This document shows, piece after piece, positions 1 to 9,056 of a DNA stretch of 64,000 nt. Position 1 is the stretch's first letter, and each line of letters begins with the position of its first letter. A model generated the notes under the pieces. It saw only the letters and a list, made by a program, of their open reading frames with translations, made no database searches and had not been told where the DNA came from. Source of the DNA: a virus. A program made the translations under genes and the position numbers. The stretch lies in IMG/VR virus record IMGVR_UViG_3300025168_000039, positions 42,895-106,894 of that record. The stretch is one strand, 5' to 3'.

Positions 1-344
1 AGTCAGCTATAGATTTAGCTACAGATTATGAGCGTAGACTTTCTTTTCAAGCTAACATTCAAGAGTATGTAGATATGTCTATCTCCAGTACAATTAATCT
101 ACCAGCTTGGGGATCAAAAGATAATAATGAAGACCTTGTAGTTCCCTTCGCTAACACTCTTGCAAAATATGCACACCGTCTTAGAGGATTTACCTGCTAC
201 CCTGATGGTAGTAGAGGAGGACAACCATTAACATGTGTTCCTTATAAAGAAGCGGTAGCTAAATTAGGTGAAGAGTTTGAAGAGAATATTCAAGCGCATG
301 ACATTTGTGAGATTTCTGGAGCGGGAGGTACTTGCGGAGTTTAG
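1..344 (+). CDS. nrdJ: Class II (B12-dependent) ribonucleotide reductase, C-terminal part (truncated by window start)
   Basis: Frame open from position 3; VDMSISSTINLP, RGFTCYPDGSRGGQPL and C-terminal Cys pair; homologous to 52967-54676. Confidence 0.9.
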   Translation, partial: SAIDLATDYERRLSFQANIQEYVDMSISSTINLPAWGSKDNNEDLVVPFANTLAKYAHRLRGFTCYPDGSRGGQPLTCVPYKEAVAKLGEEFEENIQAHDICEISGAGGTCGV

Positions 345-355
345 ATATTATCCTA

Positions 356-432
356 ACTCTCGTAGCTCAACTGGACAGAGCAACAGATTTCTAATCTGTA
401 GGTTGCAGGTTCGAGTCCTGCCGAGAGTGCCA
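356..432 (+). tRNA. tRNA-Arg (anticodon TCT)
   Basis: Acceptor ACTCTCG/CGAGAGT, anticodon arm ACAGA-TT-TCT-AA-TCTGT, T-loop GGTTCGAGTCC, encoded CCA. Confidence 0.95.
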
Positions 433-441
433 GATAAAATC

Positions 442-471
442 TTGACACAAATATAAAAGTGTGAATATAAT
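442..471 (+). promoter_or_regulatory. sigma70-type promoter
   Basis: TTGACA-18nt-TATAAT upstream of AGGAG RBS and glycosyltransferase operon. Confidence 0.7.
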
Positions 472-501
472 GTATGATATTAAAAGAATGCAGGAGTTAT
501 A

Positions 502-651
502 ATGGCGGCTAGAAAGTCAATTGGACTATCAACAAAGGTAAATACAACCAGACATATGAGAACTTCTATCGGTTCTTCCACTAATTCAAGACCTAAAAAT
601 AAAAATACAAAAAGATTACATGGTAAAAAATACAGGGGGCAGGGAATATGA
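502..651 (+). CDS. Small basic phage protein (49 aa)
   Basis: Not in ORF track; AGGAG RBS; MAARKSIG...RTSIGSSTNSRPKNKNTKRLHGKKYRGQGI; stop overlaps next ATG; YRGQG ending resembles small marine phage proteins. Confidence 0.75.
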   Translation: MAARKSIGLSTKVNTTRHMRTSIGSSTNSRPKNKNTKRLHGKKYRGQGI

Positions 652-1445
652 ATGACATTCCAACAGTTTATATTGGCTACGATAAAAAAGAAGATGATGC
701 TTTTCAAATTTTAAAAGAATCAATTATTGATACCTCTTCCCAACCTGTTAGAGTAGTCCCTTTAGATCAAGAAACATTACGGCGTATTAATTTATATCGT
801 AGATCATTTCAAATTCAAAAAACTGATAACGGTTCTGTTAAAATTGATTGGCAAGATAATAAACCTTTTTCAACTGAGTTCTCTTTCACAAGATTTTTAA
901 TTCCATTTGTTAATAATCTAAAAGGACTTGCTCTTTTTATGGATTCTGATATGATGGTACGGACTGACATAATGGAAGTCTTTAAGTATGCTTCTAGAGA
1001 AGACAAAGCCGTCTGGTGTGTCAAGCATAACTACAATCCATCAGATGATTATAAAATGGATAATCAAGTTCAGACTAGATACAATCGAAAGAATTGGTCT
1101 AGCTTTGTGCTATGGAATTGTGAGCATGAAGCCCACAAAGATTTAACAATTGACGATGTTAATTTAAAGTCAGGTTATTATTTACATAACTTTCAGTGGT
1201 TATCGGATGATCTAATTGGAGATATCCCTGAAGAATGGAACTGGTTAGATGGTCATTCTCCAGAAGAGATAGAAGCAAAGAACGTACACTTCACTACTGG
1301 TGGACCTTGGTTTCCTAAGTGGAAACCTAAGAGATCAATCGATGCTAAGTATGCATTAGAGTGGACTAACTTTAGAGATTCTCTTTCAATAGAAGAGGTG
1401 TTAGGAAAAACAAAAACAATGAAGTGGAATAAAACTTATGAGTAA
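648..1445 (+). CDS. GT-A fold glycosyltransferase (CDI/GT8-like)
   Basis: IGYD, STEFSFTRFL, FMDSD (DxD), RKNWSS, HFTTGGPW motifs. Confidence 0.85.
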   Translation: MNDIPTVYIGYDKKEDDAFQILKESIIDTSSQPVRVVPLDQETLRRINLYRRSFQIQKTDNGSVKIDWQDNKPFSTEFSFTRFLIPFVNNLKGLALFMDSDMMVRTDIMEVFKYASREDKAVWCVKHNYNPSDDYKMDNQVQTRYNRKNWSSFVLWNCEHEAHKDLTIDDVNLKSGYYLHNFQWLSDDLIGDIPEEWNWLDGHSPEEIEAKNVHFTTGGPWFPKWKPKRSIDAKYALEWTNFRDSLSIEEVLGKTKTMKWNKTYE

Positions 1446-3762
1446 CAAAAATAAAGTGACGGTGGTAACATCCTTTTCGGAGGATGGCTGGGAAACCTAT
1501 GCCGAGAGAATGATTAAGTCTGCTGCAAAATATTGGGAACCGTCCATCAAGCTTGTTGCTTACTACCATGACTTTGATATTAATTCTAAAGACATACCAG
1601 AGTGTGACCATATTGAGTTTAGAAATTTAAATGATCTAGAAGAACTACACCAATTCAGAAATACCTACAAAGATTTTAATGGTACAGGTAAGGATAGTCA
1701 GGGTTATAACTGGCGTATGGATGGTATTAAGTTTAGTCATAAAGTATTTGCTATTGCTGACTGTGCGTTTAATTTAAAGAGCGATAGTGACGAGGCAGAG
1801 GGTGATCATGATCCTGGCTGGTTAGTATGGATGGATGCTGATACGGTTACAGAAAAAAATCTATCAAAGAAAGCCCTTCTTAAATCCTTACCAGAGAAAG
1901 TTAATCTAGTACATCTAGGAAGAAAACATTTTACCTATAGTGAAACTTCTTTTATTGGTTTTAATTTAAATAGCGACACAGCTCTAGAATTTATTGGTGA
2001 CTTTATTGGCGCTTATCTAACAGGAGAAGTTTTTAATTATAGAGAATGGCATGACGGGTTTCTGTTTGAACGACTTTTAATTATCTATAAAGCTCATGGC
2101 TTAAAGTTCCATGATTGGACCGGATCAAAAGATATAAAGTCACAAGTAAAAGGTGAACAAGCCTTTGATTTATTTCCTCTTAGTAGTTATGTAAAACATT
2201 TTAAAGGTAGTAGAAAGAAAGCTTCTTCTCAAGGCGTAGCCCCAGATGTTAATGGACCTCAAAGATATGCTAAGTTAATTGAATTAGTAGAGCTTTACCA
2301 ACCTAGTACTATTGCTGAAACAGGTACATGGAACGGTGGTCGAGCTATTCAAATGTCAGAGGCTGCATTTAAATCTTCATATGAAGTAACTTATTATGGT
2401 TATGATCTCTTTGAGGATGCTACCACAGAGATCGATGAGAAAGAACTGAACAGCAAACAACATAATTTTTTCGCTGCAGTAAACGCAAGACTTAAAGAGT
2501 ATCAAGAGAACTGTAAAAATGCTGGTCGTAAGTTTAACTTCGAATTGTTTAAGGGAGATACAAAAGATACACTTCAAGAAAAGAAAGTTGACTTTGCTTA
2601 CATCGATGGGGGTCACTCTGAAGAAACTGTAACCCATGATTATGAGATGTTAAAAGAAAGTAAGGTTGTTGTCTTCGATGATTATATTTCCAAAGATGAA
2701 AAAGGAAATGATCCAGGCAAAGAATTTTATGGTGTTAATAAACTGATCGAAAAGATTGATCACCGAAAGAAAGTGTTACCATCTGCTGATAGAATTATCG
2801 AAGGAGGTATCACTCACCTAGCTGTAGTTCTAACGGATGATACCCTTGAAGATATTCCAGAAACTCTTGGCCGATCACCTATTATTGTACAGCCTAGAGA
2901 TTGTATGCCTAAAGAAGACATTCTTAAAAATGTTAAAAAGAATACTTCTGTTATTGATACATGGGTTACAAAAGCAAAGCCTCATTCAGAAGTTGCTATT
3001 ATTATTTCTGGTGGAGGCAGCACTGATTGGAAAGAGGTAAAACGTACAATTAGAAAGGTCGGAAAGAAAAGAGCTAAAGTTATTTGTGTTAAGCATTCTT
3101 ATCCAGAGTTATTGAAAAATGACATTAAACCTTTTGGATGTGTCATTCTAGACCCTCGTCCAATTACAGGAACAAGTACTCATGGAGTTGTCCGAAAAGA
3201 TTTGTTTAAAAAGATTGATGATAGTACTTTATTTATGGCAGCATCTATGACTGATCCTTCTGTTATAGACTTACTGCGAAAGAAAACAAAAAACATTGTA
3301 GGGTGGCATGCATATACCAACGCACTACAAGAAAATATTAAAGATCAAGTTAAGAACGATGCCGTAAAAATTGACGAGAAGTTAGGTATCAAAGAAGGAG
3401 CTACGATGATTATCGGTGGTACTTGTGCAGCCATGCGATCAATTGGCATCATGCATACTCTAGGCTTTAGAGAGTTCCATCTCTTTGGATATGACTGTTC
3501 CTTTCCTGAACCTTCTAAAAAAGAACAGAAAGAAACAACGGATGAGGGTAAGCCAAAGTATCTAAAGGTAGGTGTAGGGAATGAGAGCTTCTGGACTACC
3601 GGAGAACTCCTGGCAATGGCACAAGACTGCGAGAAGTTATTCGAGAAGGAAGATGTAAACCTTAGTATAAACTTTCATGGAACTGGTACACTTGTTTCTA
3701 AGCTCTGGGAAATATCTGATACTCATAAGTTACGCACATACAAAGAGGTTCTTTCTTTATAA
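1438..3762 (+). CDS. Three-domain protein: glycosyltransferase + class I SAM methyltransferase + Maf/DUF115-like domain
   Basis: N-term WMDAD; middle ETGTWNGG, GYDLFE, IDGGHS, VVFDDY; C-term IISGGGS and GFREFHLFGYDCS. Confidence 0.75.
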   Translation: MSNKNKVTVVTSFSEDGWETYAERMIKSAAKYWEPSIKLVAYYHDFDINSKDIPECDHIEFRNLNDLEELHQFRNTYKDFNGTGKDSQGYNWRMDGIKFSHKVFAIADCAFNLKSDSDEAEGDHDPGWLVWMDADTVTEKNLSKKALLKSLPEKVNLVHLGRKHFTYSETSFIGFNLNSDTALEFIGDFIGAYLTGEVFNYREWHDGFLFERLLIIYKAHGLKFHDWTGSKDIKSQVKGEQAFDLFPLSSYVKHFKGSRKKASSQGVAPDVNGPQRYAKLIELVELYQPSTIAETGTWNGGRAIQMSEAAFKSSYEVTYYGYDLFEDATTEIDEKELNSKQHNFFAAVNARLKEYQENCKNAGRKFNFELFKGDTKDTLQEKKVDFAYIDGGHSEETVTHDYEMLKESKVVVFDDYISKDEKGNDPGKEFYGVNKLIEKIDHRKKVLPSADRIIEGGITHLAVVLTDDTLEDIPETLGRSPIIVQPRDCMPKEDILKNVKKNTSVIDTWVTKAKPHSEVAIIISGGGSTDWKEVKRTIRKVGKKRAKVICVKHSYPELLKNDIKPFGCVILDPRPITGTSTHGVVRKDLFKKIDDSTLFMAASMTDPSVIDLLRKKTKNIVGWHAYTNALQENIKDQVKNDAVKIDEKLGIKEGATMIIGGTCAAMRSIGIMHTLGFREFHLFGYDCSFPEPSKKEQKETTDEGKPKYLKVGVGNESFWTTGELLAMAQDCEKLFEKEDVNLSINFHGTGTLVSKLWEISDTHKLRTYKEVLSL

Positions 3763-4169
3763 TGCTAACAGAAAAGCAAGAGAAGTTTGCACAGTCATAT
3801 GTACTAAATAATAATGCTACTGATGCAGCAAAGAGTGCAGGGTATTCTGATAGGTCAGCTTACAATCAAGGCTATCGTTTATTACAAAATGACTTTATCG
3901 TAGAAAGAATAGAAGAGCTATCTAGAGAATTAAAAACTAGTGTGGATGTTGTAGCTGAGATTGAAGATCAATATACCTTTGCTAAAACCAATGGTCATGT
4001 GAACAGCGCCATCAAAGCTCTAGAACTTTTATCTAGAGTCAGAGGTAATAAAGTTGAAGATGGAAAGAATGTTAGTAAAGAAGAGTTGATTACTCTTATT
4101 GTTTCAACCTTTGAGGTTCTTGGAAAGGAACAAGTAGAAGATATGGTTAAACGCTGTAAATTCGACTAG
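3762..4169 (+). CDS. terS: Terminase small subunit-like HTH protein
   Basis: LTEKQEKFAQSY..NATDAAKSAGYS..AY.QG.RLL, typical Terminase_2 N-terminus. Confidence 0.75.
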   Translation: MLTEKQEKFAQSYVLNNNATDAAKSAGYSDRSAYNQGYRLLQNDFIVERIEELSRELKTSVDVVAEIEDQYTFAKTNGHVNSAIKALELLSRVRGNKVEDGKNVSKEELITLIVSTFEVLGKEQVEDMVKRCKFD

Positions 4170-4304
4170 CAGTAAAAAATAAGCCCCTACGTTGACCATT
4201 GAGTAGGGGTGAAGACAGTCTCGGCTACCTACCCACCAGGAAGAACCCTAAGTTTACCAGTGATCCTTATACGGTCTTACAGAGCATTTACTAAAAAATA
4301 AGAC

Positions 4305-4466
4305 CTATCTTCCTCTACGACGGTTGGGACCGTTCCTTTTTTTAGGTTGAGGTTGTTTTCTTACAGGAGGGACCAGTGATTTCTTTAGATGCCATCCAAC
4401 TGCTACACCTCCAACATAAGATATTGCAATAAGAGTAAGGTATATTACAAATACAGTGACTGTCAT
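4305..4466 (-). CDS. Small membrane protein (53 aa) with basic tail
   Basis: Not in ORF track; MTVTVFVIYLTLIAISYVGGVAVGWHLKK...RRRGR; starts 2 nt after upstream stop. Confidence 0.6.
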   Translation of the reverse strand: MTVTVFVIYLTLIAISYVGGVAVGWHLKKSLVPPVRKQPQPKKRNGPNRRRGR

Positions 4467-4467
4467 T

Positions 4468-4809
4468 CTACTTCTCTACAAAAGGGTGGCGGCCATTATG
4501 CATTTTTTGTAATGCTGTAATTTCAGATTCTGTTTTTTTCAATCTTTCAGAAACAAAACCTCTCCATTTATTTTGCCCCTCTAAATTACTCGGACTTAAA
4601 ATATTAGACAAGACTTCTATCTGTTGTTGTAAAACTGCAACAACATTTTTAACACCATCAAACTTTCTGTTTAATTCATCAAAATATTTTCTTTGTTCGT
4701 CTTGTCTTTGTTTTAGAGATGACACTTGATTGCGAACCAATCCCCATGCACCAGCTAATGAAGCTATGACTGCCCCAATCTGGATCGCCATCCTTGCATC
4801 TAGTTCCAT
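4468..4809 (-). CDS. N-terminal TM + coiled-coil phage protein
   Basis: Hydrophobic N-terminus, heptads, MHNGRHP end; homolog at 60047-60403. Confidence 0.75.
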   Translation of the reverse strand: MELDARMAIQIGAVIASLAGAWGLVRNQVSSLKQRQDEQRKYFDELNRKFDGVKNVVAVLQQQIEVLSNILSPSNLEGQNKWRGFVSERLKKTESEITALQKMHNGRHPFVEK

Positions 4810-7800
4810 TATTTCTCTACCTCTACCAAAGGCTTCTGAATATATTCTACAAATATATTAGTTAACCCATCTTGTAATTTACTAGATAGTTCAGGGCTAA
4901 CCTGTCTATCTTCTAAAGCTTTAAATATACTCATATCCCCAATTAAATTATCAGGCATAAACACACCACTTTCTACACTGCTTGCGACATCTGCAATTAA
5001 TGGTAAAATTAATTCGTCGTTAGCAGTATACCAGAACTTATTTGTAGCTGCTTCTAAAACTCCACTTATACCTAATATTTTTGGCTTAGTTAAATCAGCT
5101 TCAGATTTACCTTTTGGTATTTCATAGTATTCAACATTTTTAAATTCATTAAGTCTCTTTGTAAATTTTTGCATACCTTTATATTTACGGTCTTGTAAAT
5201 TTTTATAGCTTTTTAAAAGCTGGTCTATATCTTCATTAGTTATTTCTCTTCTAGGAAGTTTTCTTACATCAGCTAAAAAATTATCTTTTGTTTTAGCTAT
5301 AGCTTTTAATCTACTAGACATGTCATAACCCATAGACTTTTGTACGTCTACGGTTATTGGTCGAATACCTGTCTTAACATAAAATTTTAAATCCGTAGAA
5401 CTTAATGGAAAGCCAGAAGCTCTTTGCCCCTGTCCTTCTCCTAAGAGTTCTTCTGAACTTACAGACTCCGCATATTGTCTAATAGCTTTAATAGTTCCTG
5501 GCTCTAAAAATTTTCCAATCTCCGTTAATGCTGATATAACTTTATCTTTAGTTGTGACACCTACTGCATCATCGTAAATTGGTTTACCTGTTTTCAGATT
5601 TGTTCCGCTTACAACATTAACTAATGCTTCTGTTAAAAACTTAGGAGATAGATATGCACCAGCAAGTCCCTTTGTTGCATTACCTACAGCATCATCTATT
5701 TCAGAGTCAGAAACAAATCCATTCTTCATTAACTTAGCTTGAAGCAAACGAAGAGGTGATTTAAGTACATCAAAAGTATCAGCAGATGTAGAGCCAATAT
5801 ACCTAGATGTTATTCTAGGGTCTGCTTGATTGTTATCTTTAACAAATGGTTGAAGCCAAAACTGTTTCGCACCCTTTGTCCAATCTGGAGATACAGCATT
5901 TACAAACTTTTTATTAGCTTCTGTTATTTGATAAGCATCTTCATTTTGACTAGCAACCATATCCCAACCACCAGCAACAACTCCGGCACCTGCGAATCTT
6001 CTTGCCCCATGTGCAATCAATGCAGGGTTTCCTGTTTTCGTTCCCTCCACTATGTCTTTCACACTAGTCTTTAAAATATTTTTAGTATTTCTTATTACCT
6101 CACTGGGAAACAATACATAGTTACCTATCAAAGGAGTCTTGGCTATTTCTCTAGCTAGTGGAGCAGCATCGCCATATGTAGGCATAGTCTCTCTAACATA
6201 TCTAGCAGCTCTTTCATCTAAATCATTATCATATATTTTTTTAGCTGCCTTACGTTTAATACTACGCTCTTTCATAATATTACTTATTGTTGGTCCTTCT
6301 TTAAATATCTTTTTTAAAGCTGCTCTTTCACTTTCATAAGCAACTAATTTTAGATAGGCATCAGGTTGACCATACAAAGAACCTAGCTTACTCATTGTTT
6401 TTCGATAAGCTTTGCTTACTGTGCCAGTGGCATTTTGCATTTGAGAAGCACCAGCCTTTATTAGTTCTCCAGTAACATCTTGCTCAATAACACCAAGCCT
6501 TCTTAGCTTTGCTAATTTTGCAACAGCTACAGGATTTTTTAAAGTAAGCTGATTTCCTAAAGTTCCTATTTCTTTTACTGCTGCTTTATAAGCAATCGGA
6601 TTTAAGAAGTGACCATTTGCAATAAGACTTTGAGTGCCACCAATAAGGTTTAGTGCATACGCAGGTAGATCAAGCAAAGTCTCTTTTGCCTGTGCTAGTG
6701 ATGCAGCATTAACCCAAATACTTCTAATTCTACCAGAGCTATTAAATAACTCAAGACCTTGATTAATAGCCCTACCCATCTCAGGACTTGTGTAGATATC
6801 TTTTAGTATTTGCCTTGAGTCACCTCCAAATTTTCCAATTGAATCTTTAGCAACTTGCTCTAAACCAAATTCAATATTTGGAGCAGAACCTTTTTGAAAG
6901 GTTGTTTTTACTGATGGTAATATAGGAAAGAAACCTTTTAAATCTACTTCTTTTCCTACATTTTCTCTAGCAAATTTTTCTACATCTTTTAAATATTTTA
7001 ATTCTGCTATTAATTTATTCTGTTGAATTAAACTAGTAGCAAGATTTTGTTTACCAGATTTATTTTGACCAAGCAAATCTAATACAGAATCATCTAAGTC
7101 TTGTTTTTTTCTTAAAACTTTTATAGTTGCGGGACGATATCCCTGTTGTGCAGTCCCACTAAATATTTTATCTATCAGAGGTCTATCCTCTTTAGACAAT
7201 CTATAAACCATGTTAGTAATAACACTATCAACATCAGCAGAATCAACTCCCTGCTTTTTTAAATATGATCTTGCGTTCTCTACCTTCGTAAGAAAAACAG
7301 GATCAGGAGATTTATCTAGAAGTGCCTTTTTAATTTCAGCATAATATTTAGGATTATTAGCAGATTGAAAAGTTCTAGATAAGTAGAAACCGTTTCGATC
7401 TCTATTAACTCCAATTTTTGCATTACCTGTTAATCCTAATTGAGTATTAATTAATGTTTCATTACTATTAATTTGTTTTTTAATATTATCTACTTGATCT
7501 AATACAGTATCAGGGATACCCCTTTCGACAAATGATTGTCTATTTTTAGCGCCAGAATTTATATATTCATTTAAAATATCTTCATCAACATCACTATCTT
7601 TAATTGATCGTTCTAAATCTTTTATCTGTTTTTTAATTTCAATTTCAGAACCAGCCTTTGACCTAGTTCTTTTTCTTGCAGCATCCGCTAAATCTTGCGA
7701 AAGATTAGCATCAGACCGTAATAGTTTTCCTGCAGCGGTATTTATTTTAGCAATCGGATCTTTTAATGGACGAAATAAGTTTCCTGCCCCAGTTTTTAAT

Positions 7801-9035
7801 CTAGCAATATTTTGCGTCGTAAAAAGTTTTTTAGCTCCAACTCCTATTGTTTTAAATGCCGCTGCACCAACAGCAGTGTCTGCTATCGCTCCAAAATATT
7901 TAAGAAGTTCGTCTTTTCTAGTAGTTGAATTTGGATTTACTCTAAACTTTTTAATTTCCTCTACTACAGATTCAGGTAAACTGTCTACCAATCCTAGATC
8001 AGCATTGGTTGCAAAGTCAATAAGTAGCCCTTGTTGTCCTTCGTTAAAATCTGTAATTTGTACAAAGCCTTGAACCACCCCTACGTTTGCACCACTAGCT
8101 TTTACTAATCTTTCTACTCTTTTAGAAAAATCTTTTCCTCTACGCTTTGCTATATAAGCAAGTCCTTTTCTAGCAAGTTTTGCGCCTATGCCAGCTATAG
8201 AAGCTAAAGCTATTAACTCGCTAACCATTTTCTCTTCATCGTTTAAATTAGGTTCTAATATTTCATTAACTTTTGCCACCGCTTTACCAAAAGGAGATTC
8301 TTTTAGTAGTTTAGCTGTTGCTGGATCTGTAATTGTTATTACAGACATTGCTATTTCACCGGGTGTTTTCCCTATTTCCAAAGCTGCTTTGCCGAAAATT
8401 CTTGCCGCTTGTCCTTGTCCATATACATTCATATAAATAGCTAAAAGTTTTCTTTCAGGTATTGTAAGAGATGCTGGGTCTTTCTTAGCTTTGTCCTGTA
8501 ATTTTTTTAGTAATTCAGTTCCTGCTTTACCTGCAACCTCAAGTGGTTTATTTTCTGTCTGCTCTGGAGTAGAGACTCCTTCTACTGAACCTTCTCCAGA
8601 TTTAATTGACTCTGAAAATATAATTCCAAATTCATTAGGCGTTTCTACTTCTGAAGAAACTCCAGCACCTTCTATTGGCACAGAGGTAGCCTCAACAGGA
8701 GGAGTAGCCTCAACAGGAGGAGTAGCCTGGACAGGGGGAGCCGTTTCAACAGGAGTAGATATAGATTGATCTACTGCTGAAATAAGTTCTTGAGGAGGAA
8801 CTTTTATAGGATTTGCTTTTATTAAAGGAACTTCAGGTTCTTTTACATCTACAGAAGGAGCTTCAGGTTCTTCTTTAGGTTTAAGCATATTAGAAGGAAC
8901 TTCTTTCCATTCCGCTCCGTTATATAAATACACCTGTCCTGTATCAGGATTTACTGCTTTTTCAGTTGGAATGTATTCTTTACCTTCCAACCTATGTCCC
9001 TCTCCATTATCTGGATTATAGGTTATTTCAGACAT
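4809..9035 (-). CDS. Large internal virion/ejection protein (1408 aa)
   Basis: Size, position at end of morphogenesis operon, helical composition; homolog at 60403-64000. Confidence 0.65.
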   Translation of the reverse strand: MSEITYNPDNGEGHRLEGKEYIPTEKAVNPDTGQVYLYNGAEWKEVPSNMLKPKEEPEAPSVDVKEPEVPLIKANPIKVPPQELISAVDQSISTPVETAPPVQATPPVEATPPVEATSVPIEGAGVSSEVETPNEFGIIFSESIKSGEGSVEGVSTPEQTENKPLEVAGKAGTELLKKLQDKAKKDPASLTIPERKLLAIYMNVYGQGQAARIFGKAALEIGKTPGEIAMSVITITDPATAKLLKESPFGKAVAKVNEILEPNLNDEEKMVSELIALASIAGIGAKLARKGLAYIAKRRGKDFSKRVERLVKASGANVGVVQGFVQITDFNEGQQGLLIDFATNADLGLVDSLPESVVEEIKKFRVNPNSTTRKDELLKYFGAIADTAVGAAAFKTIGVGAKKLFTTQNIARLKTGAGNLFRPLKDPIAKINTAAGKLLRSDANLSQDLADAARKRTRSKAGSEIEIKKQIKDLERSIKDSDVDEDILNEYINSGAKNRQSFVERGIPDTVLDQVDNIKKQINSNETLINTQLGLTGNAKIGVNRDRNGFYLSRTFQSANNPKYYAEIKKALLDKSPDPVFLTKVENARSYLKKQGVDSADVDSVITNMVYRLSKEDRPLIDKIFSGTAQQGYRPATIKVLRKKQDLDDSVLDLLGQNKSGKQNLATSLIQQNKLIAELKYLKDVEKFARENVGKEVDLKGFFPILPSVKTTFQKGSAPNIEFGLEQVAKDSIGKFGGDSRQILKDIYTSPEMGRAINQGLELFNSSGRIRSIWVNAASLAQAKETLLDLPAYALNLIGGTQSLIANGHFLNPIAYKAAVKEIGTLGNQLTLKNPVAVAKLAKLRRLGVIEQDVTGELIKAGASQMQNATGTVSKAYRKTMSKLGSLYGQPDAYLKLVAYESERAALKKIFKEGPTISNIMKERSIKRKAAKKIYDNDLDERAARYVRETMPTYGDAAPLAREIAKTPLIGNYVLFPSEVIRNTKNILKTSVKDIVEGTKTGNPALIAHGARRFAGAGVVAGGWDMVASQNEDAYQITEANKKFVNAVSPDWTKGAKQFWLQPFVKDNNQADPRITSRYIGSTSADTFDVLKSPLRLLQAKLMKNGFVSDSEIDDAVGNATKGLAGAYLSPKFLTEALVNVVSGTNLKTGKPIYDDAVGVTTKDKVISALTEIGKFLEPGTIKAIRQYAESVSSEELLGEGQGQRASGFPLSSTDLKFYVKTGIRPITVDVQKSMGYDMSSRLKAIAKTKDNFLADVRKLPRREITNEDIDQLLKSYKNLQDRKYKGMQKFTKRLNEFKNVEYYEIPKGKSEADLTKPKILGISGVLEAATNKFWYTANDELILPLIADVASSVESGVFMPDNLIGDMSIFKALEDRQVSPELSSKLQDGLTNIFVEYIQKPLVEVEK

Positions 9036-9056
9036 TTAATATTCCTATTTAATAAT

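Noticed and set aside
356-432. Prophage attachment site at the tRNA
   Set aside because: No integrase, no duplicated tRNA 3' end and no flanking host genes in the window
268-456. 62-aa ORF in the ORF track
   Set aside because: Overlaps the RNR end and the tRNA-Arg gene; spurious
4170-4304. Possible ncRNA between convergent operons (CCCCTAC..GTAGGGG stem)
   Set aside because: Not conserved at the equivalent position in copy 2 (59937-60046); may simply be a terminator
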